This document shows positions 54,588 through 64,000 of a stretch of 64,000 nt of DNA, one piece after another. The DNA is taken from NCBI GenBank assembly GCA_964016885.1, contig OZ024760.1, forward strand, positions 18,352,001 to 18,416,000, given 5' to 3'. The notes beneath the pieces are model-generated. The model made no database searches and had not been told where the DNA came from. It was given only the letters and a program-made list of their open reading frames with translations. How positions within the stretch are numbered: the first letter of the stretch is position 1; the number at the start of each line of letters is the position of its first letter. The position numbers and the translations under genes are program-made. Origin of the DNA: Eledone cirrhosa. Its lineage: Eukaryota.

Positions 54588-55660
54588 TACTACTACTGCT
54601 GCTACTACTGCTACTACTACTACTGCTACTACTGCTACTACTGCTACTACTACTACTACTGCTACTACTACTGCTACTACTGCTGCTACTACTACTACTG
54701 CTACTACTGCTGCTACTGCTGCTACTACTACTACTGCTACTACTACTGCTACTACTGCTGCTACTACTACTGTTACTACTACTGCTGCTACTGCTACTAC
54801 TGCTACTGCTACTACTGCTACTACTGCTACTACTACTGCTACTACTACTGCTGCTACTACTACTGCTACTACTGCTACTACTACTACTGCTACTACTACT
54901 GCTACTACTGCTGCTACTACTGTTACTGCTACTACTACTGCTACTACTGCTGCTACTACTGCTGCTACTACTACTGTTACTACTACTGCTACTACTGCTA
55001 CTACTACTACTACCACTACCACTACTACCCCTACCACTACTACTACTGCTACTACTGCTACTACTACTGCTACTGCTGCTACTACTGCTGCTACTACTAC
55101 TGTTACTACTGCTACTACTGCTACTACTGCTACTACTACTACTACTGCTACTACTGCTACTACTGCTGCTGCTACTACTACTGCTACTACTGCTGCTACT
55201 ACTACTGTTACTACTACTGCTACTACTACTACTACTGCTACTACTACTACTACCACTACCACTACTACCCCTACCACTACTACTACTGCTACTACCACTA
55301 CTACTGCTACTACCACTACTACCCCTACCACTACTGCTACTACTACTACCACTACTACCATTACTACTACTACTACTACTACTACCACATAGAAAGTGGT
55401 CTGATGGTGATGGTGTTGGTGGTAATGATGCAACAACAACAACCACAACCACTACACACCACCACCGTAATTACAACCACTACACACCACCACCACAACC
55501 ACTACACACCACCACCGTAATCACAACCACTACACACCACCACCACAACCACTACACACCACCACCACAACCACTACACACCACCACCACAACCACTACA
55601 CACCACCACCACAACCACTACACACCACCACCACAACCACTACACACCACCACCACCACC
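54588..55660. repeat. (CTA/CTG)n and CAC-rich repeats
   Basis: Direct reading. Source of the poly-Ser and poly-Val ORFs. Confidence 0.95.
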
Positions 55661-55847
55661 ATCAATAACAAGACCATCTTCAAGAGATGGGAATCTGTCA
55701 TGGAGGCCAGTTTATTTAATGGTTTAAAAACCACCAAAAATTGCTGCCATGTTGCCCCTTGTTTGTATCATAAAGGTTGTCTACAGGAACTAACCTTTTC
55801 TGGGAGTCAGCAATACTGGAAATGATCTGGAATAGGGGACACAGTTG

Positions 55848-55904
<57 letters not shown>

Positions 55905-55960
55905 TATATATACATATATACACACACATATATATACATACATACACAAACACATACACA

Positions 55961-56015
<55 letters not shown>

Positions 56016-56346
56016 CATATATATATATATGAATCTCTGTAATCTAACAATAGATGTCCCAATGACCCCACCACCAGCACCACCACCACCAGCACCTCCA
56101 CCACCACCACCACCACCATCACCACCACCACCATCACCACCACCACCACTAGTACCACCATCACCATCACCACCACCATCACCATCACCACCACCATCAC
56201 CACCACCACCACCATCACCACCACCACCACCATCACCACCACCACCACCATCACCACCACCATCACCACCACCACCTCCACCACCACCACCACCACCACC
56301 ACCACCATCACCACCACCACCACCACCAACCACCACCACCACCACC

Positions 56347-56377
<31 letters not shown>

Positions 56378-56577
56378 CCAGCACCACCACCACCACCAAC
56401 CACCACCACCACCACCAACCACCACCATCACCACCACCACCACCACCACCATATGTAAGGTCCACCATTATCTGTGCTGTGTCATTGTTTCAGTTAACCA
56501 TTATATTAACATTGTCAACTGTTTAAATCTCATCACACTTTTAGTATTGTCATATGGTAACACATGTAACACATACA

Positions 56578-56901
56578 TCATCATTTCCTTTTACGTCCGC
56601 TTTTTCCTTGCTTGCAAGGGTGGGACGGGAACTGATGCTGGCTTGATTTCTACAGCTGGATGCCCTTCCTAACACCAACCTCATTTACAGTGAGTGCTGG
56701 GTGCTTTTTTGCCGTGGCACCTCCACGACCACTTTACAGTGGAATGATAGGGACCCCAGTCCTATCATCTCATTTCTACAGCTGAGTAAACTGGAGCAAT
56801 GTGAAATAAAGTGTCTTGCTCAAGGAAACAACACATCACCCGGTCTGAGAATTGAACTCACAACCTTTCGATTGCAAGGCCAATGCTCTAACCACTAAGC
56901 C
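56578..56901 (-). mobile_element. SINE family B inserted into a microsatellite-containing tandem array (56530-57500)
   Basis: The array unit CACTTTTAGTATTGTCATATGGTAACACATGTAACAC occurs on both sides of the SINE. Confidence 0.85.
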
Positions 56902-57138
56902 ATATATATATATATATATATATACGCACACATATCATACATACATACATGTACACACACACACTTTTAGTATTGTCATATGGTAACACATGTAACACAT
57001 ACATATATATATACATATATATACACACACACACATATCATACATACATACATACATGTACACACACACACATATCATACATACATACATACATGTACAC
57101 ACACACACTTTTAGTATTGTCATATGGTAACACATGTA

Positions 57139-57179
<41 letters not shown>

Positions 57180-57247
57180 TATCATACATACATACATACA
57201 TGTACACACACACACTTTTAGTATTGTCATATGGTAACACATGTAAC

Positions 57248-57278
<31 letters not shown>

Positions 57279-57356
57279 CACACACATATCATACATACAT
57301 ACATACATGTACACACACACACTTTTAGTATTGTCATATGGTAACACATGTAACAC

Positions 57357-57387
<31 letters not shown>

Positions 57388-57453
57388 CACACACATATCA
57401 TACATACATACATACATGTACACACACACACTTTTAGTATTGTCACATGTAAC

Positions 57454-57484
<31 letters not shown>

Positions 57485-57495
57485 CACACACATAT

Positions 57496-57530
<35 letters not shown>

Positions 57531-57816
57531 GTGTGCGTGTGAGTGTGTATGTATGAATTTTTATATATATAGAGAGATACATACATACTATGCACATCAT
57601 CATCACATCTCCATCACCACCATCATCATCATCACATCTCCATCACCACCACCATCATCATCATCATCGTCATCATCGTCGTTTAATGTCTATCTTCCAC
57701 GCTAGCATGGGTTAGATGGGAATTGTCCCACTTGAGCCAAGATTGGTCAGGTGACCATGTCTCGCTTGTATAGGACTACCTGGTAGATACTCTATGGCTG
57801 GATGCCCTTCATAACA

Positions 57817-58480
<664 letters not shown>

Positions 58481-60614
58481 ATATATGTGTGTGTGTATAT
58501 ATATTTGTGTATATGTATATATGTGTATATTTATATGTGTGTATCTGTATGTACATATGTGTATGTGTATATGTATGTATATATATATACGGATTAATAG
58601 GCAAAGTTATAAACTATTGTAAATGTTAAAGAAAAAAAATACTTATAATGTATATGTGTATATATGTATGTGTATATGTGTATATGTATGTATATATGTG
58701 TATATGTATGTATATATGTTTGTATATATATGTGTATATATATATGTATGTATATATGTGTACATATATATATATATTATGTATCTGTGTATGTGTATAT
58801 ATATATATGTGTTGATATATATGCACGAGTGTATATATATATATATATATTGTGTGTGTGATAAAATTCCACACCTAAGCAAAAAACTTTAGCTCCTAGT
58901 ATTTTAGTTAACCTTTTTTTAGGGGTTGTGGTGGTGGTTGGGTTCGGGGTTGGGGGTCTCTGGTTGGGTGTGGAGGGGGGGGGGTCTGTTGTTGGGTGTG
59001 GGTTAGGGCTCTGTTTCCCTTTATATAAAACTAAATTTATGAGACACAAGAGTTAGGGACTTCTTATAAACTGTAGAACAAGGAATTTAATTTTCCCCTC
59101 TCTCTTTGATGTTATTTCTACACCACCTCCCCCACCCCGCTTCATGTCATTTGGGGAAGGTTTCTGTCCTGGGCCGCTTCTGACATATAGAAGTTGCTGT
59201 TGTACAAGTCATACAAAACATTTTGTCCCCCTTTTAAAAACATTAGGATTAGATTGACATGTATCTGTGTAATCAACACACACATACATACATACACATA
59301 CACTTAGATACATACTCATACACACATACACACACACATACACCTTTATATACATATCTATATATATACACATAGATACATACACACATACACACACCCT
59401 CCCATACACACACACATACACACACACCTACATACACACACACACACACACTCCTTTACATACATACACACACACCTACATACACACACACACGCCTTTA
59501 CATACATATACACACATACCTACATACACACACACACACACACCTTTACATACATACACACACACACACACACCCTACACATTCACACACACCCTACACA
59601 CACACATCCTCCCATACACACACACCGACATACACACAGACACCCTACACACACACTCACACACACCCTACACACACACATCCTCCCATACACACACATC
59701 GACATACACACAGACACCCTACACACACACACACATCCTCCCATACACCTACACACACACCCTACACACACACACCCTCCCATACACACACCTACACACA
59801 CCCTACACACACATCCTCCCATACACACACACCTACACACACACCCTCCCAGGTTCAATCTCTACAACAATACTTTCCAACATCTGTTATATAAAAATAA
59901 ACTTTCCCCCCCCCCCCACAGAACCACAATTAATAATAAATAAATAAATAAAACAGCAACAATCACCATCATCACCATCATCACCATCATTGGTTGATAC
60001 TAGCAATACCATTGACCACATGTTAAACCTTTTGAAGCCAGACCATCTGAAACTACCCTTGGTTTTATCATCATCATCATCATCTTTGTCATCATTTCAA
60101 TGTCCGCTTTCCCTGCAAGGGTTCAACTAGTCTACATAAACCAAGTCAGTACTGAAGTGGTGGCCACTGATCTCTCGAGCAGGCCAGGGATCTGTCTCAC
60201 TTATGTACAGTCATGTACAGGGGAAGTTGTCATGTCCTTGACATGATTGAGGGTCCTCTCGACACTTTGTCTGGCAAGCTTTCTACGGCTAGATGCCCTT
60301 CCTGTCACTACACACTTTACAGCATGTACTGGATGTGTTTATCATGTAGATTACCAAACACTAGAGAGGCTGTCATGTCCTTGACACAACTGAGGGTCCT
60401 CTCAACCCTTTGTTTGAAGAACTTCCAATGGCTAGATGCCCTTCCTATCACTACACACTTTACAGCATGTACTGGATGTGTTTATCATGTAGATTACCAA
60501 ACACTAGGGAGGCTGTCATGTCCTTGACACAACTGAGTGTCCTCCTCCCGGCTATGATACATAAAAAATGTCTGGTTAAAGAGTCTATATTTAACTAGAG
60601 ACCTTCCACCATAA

Positions 60615-60800
60615 TCTATATATATAAACGAAAATGTTTGTCCGTCTGTCTGTATGCTGGCGATGCATTTCTACAGTTTCCATCCGATTTTGTTCTAATT
60701 TGATACATAGGTTATTTAGCTCATGGAGTATGTCAACATATAGTTTAAATCTTGCTCTCCCCTAAAATAGCAGAGTTCTGGGCCTACTTAAAGACGGCCA
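60615..60800 (+). mobile_element. Possible non-autonomous Helitron 5' end
   Basis: A|TCTATATATATAAA..GTCCGTCTGTCTGT..CCATCCGATTTT pattern. No 3' CTRR end identified. Confidence 0.45.
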
Positions 60801-61570
60801 TGTTGAGGAGAGAAGGGGCCTTTATTTACAGTAATGACAGGTGTGTCCAGCAATGAGCTTTTTTGCTACTTTTATATAAAAACTTTTGTTAAGTTTTGCA
60901 TCAAACACTGACTTTCTAAATCCACCCAAATTCTTAAAGGATGAAAGGCAAAGTTGACCTTGGCAGGATTTGAACTCTGACCTTAAAAACAACAGCAGCA
61001 ATAAAAATAATAACAAGAATCCAAGAAATAAAGTAAAGAAAAGATAAAAAAAATAAACTTAAAATAAGACAAAAGAAGACTGTTTATTTCCTGGTTGTTG
61101 TTTTGATATAAAATCTTATTTTGTCTGTTTCTTTCTAGTTAGTTGGTTTGTGACATTATAGATATATACATATATATATATATATATATCACTGTCTCTC
61201 TCTCTCTTTCTATATATATATATACACACACATATATATACAGTATATGAAGAGGAAATGTTTTTAAGTTGGTTGTAATAACTTATTAGCAAACATGTTG
61301 GGATGGTACTCAATAAGATACCATACTGGGATGGTATCTTATTTAATAGAGGAAAAATATTTAAATTCTCTGGATTTACCATCTTTCCTGTCACATTTCT
61401 AAACAATCTTCAGTAAAAATGTCCACTTCTTTGCTGTTGTATTTCTAAGTATGCTGGGTAAATGTGTCCATTGAGTATAAGGTAAAAAAAACAACATATT
61501 TTTTATTTCACCTCTTGTCATATTAAGTATTTTGGGTAAAATTAACTCTTGAGTTAATTCATGATGGAAA

Positions 61571-62007
61571 TTAAACCTTTAGCATTTAAACCGGTCATAA
61601 CTGGCCATAATTCTCTCACCTCTTTCTGTTTAAACCGGCCATAATTCTCTCACCTCTCTGTTTAAACCAGCTATAACTGGCCAGATTTCTCTCACCTCTT
61701 TCTGTTTAACCCAGCTATAACTGGCCAGATTTCTCTCACCTCTTTCTGTTTAACCCGGCTATAACTGACCAGATTTCTCTCACCTCTTTCTGTTTAAACC
61801 GGCCATAACTGGCCAGAATTCTCTCGCCCCTTTCTGTTTAAACTGGCCTTAACTGGCTGCTCATGCTGATGTTAAGGTATTGTTCTCAAAATAAATAACA
61901 TCAAAATCTCATAGATTCGATATTATATGAGATAATTATGTAAAATAAAGCCTTTACCACAAAAATACAATAGTATATATAGAGTAATGTACATTCTAAA
62001 GGGTTAA
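61571..62007. mobile_element. piggyBac-like MITE with internal tandem amplification of a roughly 43-bp segment
   Basis: TTAA-ACCTTTAGCATT...TAAAGGG-TTAA, with about 5 repeats of TTCTCTCACCTCTTTCTGTTTAA. Confidence 0.8.
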
Positions 62008-62252
62008 GTGATAGAAATGGTTTGACAAATGTGAAAATATTTTACCAGAATGTCAGAAATGCTTAGGAAGAAATATATAATGAAATAAATAAAACTTGTA
62101 GCCAAAAATTAATGAATTAACCATCGTCTATTTGTTTTTTTTATTTACAGGTAGCTAGCTGAAGTGTGACACCTGGACCCCTTTAATCTCTGATCACATT
62201 GTTTGTGATCAGCTTCCTTCAACTGTGATAACCAGTCTTGATTGAGCTGTGA

Positions 62253-62309
62253 ATGATGGCTGATGCTATAATCTGTTTTCCTTGCTGTTTTACAGTACAA
62301 CCACAACCG
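62253..62309 (+). CDS. CDC42SE2: First coding exon portion (exon 62151-62309) of a CDC42 small effector protein (SPEC2/CDC42SE2-like); the rest lies beyond this exon and was not found in the window
   Basis: Strong acceptor TTTGTTTTTTTTATTTACAG|62151 and donor CCG|GTAAGT (phase 0). In-frame TGA directly before ATG. MMADAIICFPCCFTVQPQP aligns to the recalled vertebrate CDC42SE2 N-terminus MSEFWLCFNCCIAEQPQP, ending at the same QPQP boundary. Confidence 0.85.
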
Positions 62310-62361
62310 GTAAGTACTTGCTGAGTGGGTGAGGGCCACTTCTCCTTACTACTACTAATAA

Positions 62362-62655
62362 TAATTGTTTCTACTTTTGGCACAAGGCCAGCAATTACCC
62401 AGTGTATTACTGGTACTTTATTTTTATCGACCCCGTAAGGATGAAAGGCTAAGTTAACCCCGGCAGGACTTGAACTCAGACTGTAAAGGGACGTAACTCT
62501 ATGCTGGAAAGCATGGCGTCCAACCCTGTACCAAAGGCCAAACAATTACCCCAGTGCATTGCTGGTACTTTATTTTTATTGACCCCCGTAAGGATGAAAG
62601 GCTAAGTTAACCTCGGTGGGACTCGAACTCAGACTATAAAGGGACGTAACTCTTT
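62362..62655 (-). mobile_element. Two SINE family A copies just downstream of the coding exon
   Basis: Family match. Confidence 0.8.
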
Positions 62656-62794
62656 CTTAGAAGTGTCAGTGTTGGTGCCACCATGCCATAAAATGCACCC
62701 AGTCCACTCTGTAAAGTGGTTGGTATTAGGAAGAGCATGCAGCTATAGAATTATGCCAAAATATGATGATAATATATATATACGCTAATATACA

Positions 62795-62846
<52 letters not shown>

Positions 62847-62976
62847 GACACACACACACACATATGTATATATATATATATATGTAGACACACACATATG
62901 TATATATATATATATATACAGACCTATATATATCATCATCATCATCATTGTTTTAGGGGTCTGCTTTTCTATGCTT

Positions 62977-63126
<150 letters not shown>

Positions 63127-63130
63127 TATA

Positions 63131-63203
63131 TATAGGAAAAGATTCAGGACCCCGATGGCTGAGCTCTGGCCATTACGACAGCTAGATCAGAACCTCTCTC
63201 TCG

Positions 63204-63234
<31 letters not shown>

Positions 63235-63240
63235 CATACA

Positions 63241-63276
<36 letters not shown>

Positions 63277-63514
63277 TTTACATACATATATATATATTTA
63301 CATACATATATATATATATATTTATATATATATATATATTTATATATTTATATATGTATATAACGAAGGAGTTGTGGAAAGGAACCAGATGGACCATAAC
63401 ACACCAAAGTACTCAATACTTAGGGTAGAAGAGTGGGTAATAGGAAAAAGTATGTCCAGAAATAGCCGTCGAAACGGCTTGAGCTCTGCCGTCGGGGTCA
63501 TACTTTTTCCTATA
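63131..63514. mobile_element. Long-TIR (foldback-type) non-autonomous element in a TA tract
   Basis: TATAGGAAAA..GACCCCGATGGCTGAGCTC on the left is the inverse of GAGCTCTGCCGTCGGGGTC..TTTTCCTATA on the right. Confidence 0.6.
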
Positions 63515-63630
63515 TATATATATATATATATATACATCCTATGATTGTGTTTTGACTACAGTATACACTATAATCTCTGTTACAGCTACAGTACATGTGT
63601 TTGTGAGTGTGTATATATATATATTTATGT

Positions 63631-63661
<31 letters not shown>

Positions 63662-63666
63662 CACAC

Positions 63667-63712
<46 letters not shown>

Positions 63713-64000
63713 TATGAGACCTGTTCGACACAGTTGAACAGGGTGGCCTTCACCACATTCTCGGATGTAAACCCCCCACCCCCACCACCTCCTCCACCAC
63801 CACCTCCAGCACCACCACCACCACCACCACTGCCACCACCACCACCACTGCCACCACCACCACCGTCACCACCACCACCACCACCACCGTCACCACCACC
63901 ACCTCCAGCACCACCACCACCACCACCTCCAGCACCACCTCCAGCACCACCACCACCACCACCATCACCACCACCATCATCACCACCACCACCACCACCA

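Noticed and set aside
62215-62255. Possible miR-2-like seed (TATCACAG on the minus strand)
   Set aside because: The rest of the mature sequence and a pre-miRNA hairpin are absent. The region is better explained as a 5'UTR exon.

Overview
Eukaryotic, microsatellite-rich and repeat-dense DNA. The SINE repertoire and the (TA)n/(CA)n/(CAC)n load resemble an octopod cephalopod genome (inference). Almost all ORFs in the supplied track are microsatellite artefacts. One host coding exon is supported: a + strand exon (62151-62309) encoding MMADAIICFPCCFTVQPQP, which matches the N-terminus of a CDC42 small effector (CDC42SE/SPEC2). Most of the window may be its long 5'-UTR intron, downstream of a candidate TATA/CCAAT promoter at about 15.8 kb. 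That putative intron holds a candidate recursive-splice site (polypyrimidine-CAG|GTAAGA plus a 54-nt RS-exon) at 26437-26490. The most striking non-coding signal is a dense, diverse set of type I hammerhead-ribozyme motifs of the Penelope-like-element kind: 8 with intact catalytic cores and about 5 decayed. Other content includes a CRE-like REL-endonuclease retrotransposon 3' end, RTE and CR1 LINE fragments, two tRNA-SINE families (one sharing its 3' tail with an RTE LINE in the window), piggyBac-, Tc1-, hAT- and Helitron-like non-autonomous elements, minisatellites apparently born from those elements, a perfect 106-bp palindrome, and an RFX/CTCF/NF-Y motif cluster. All coordinates and pairings were read by eye; no searches or folding programs were run.
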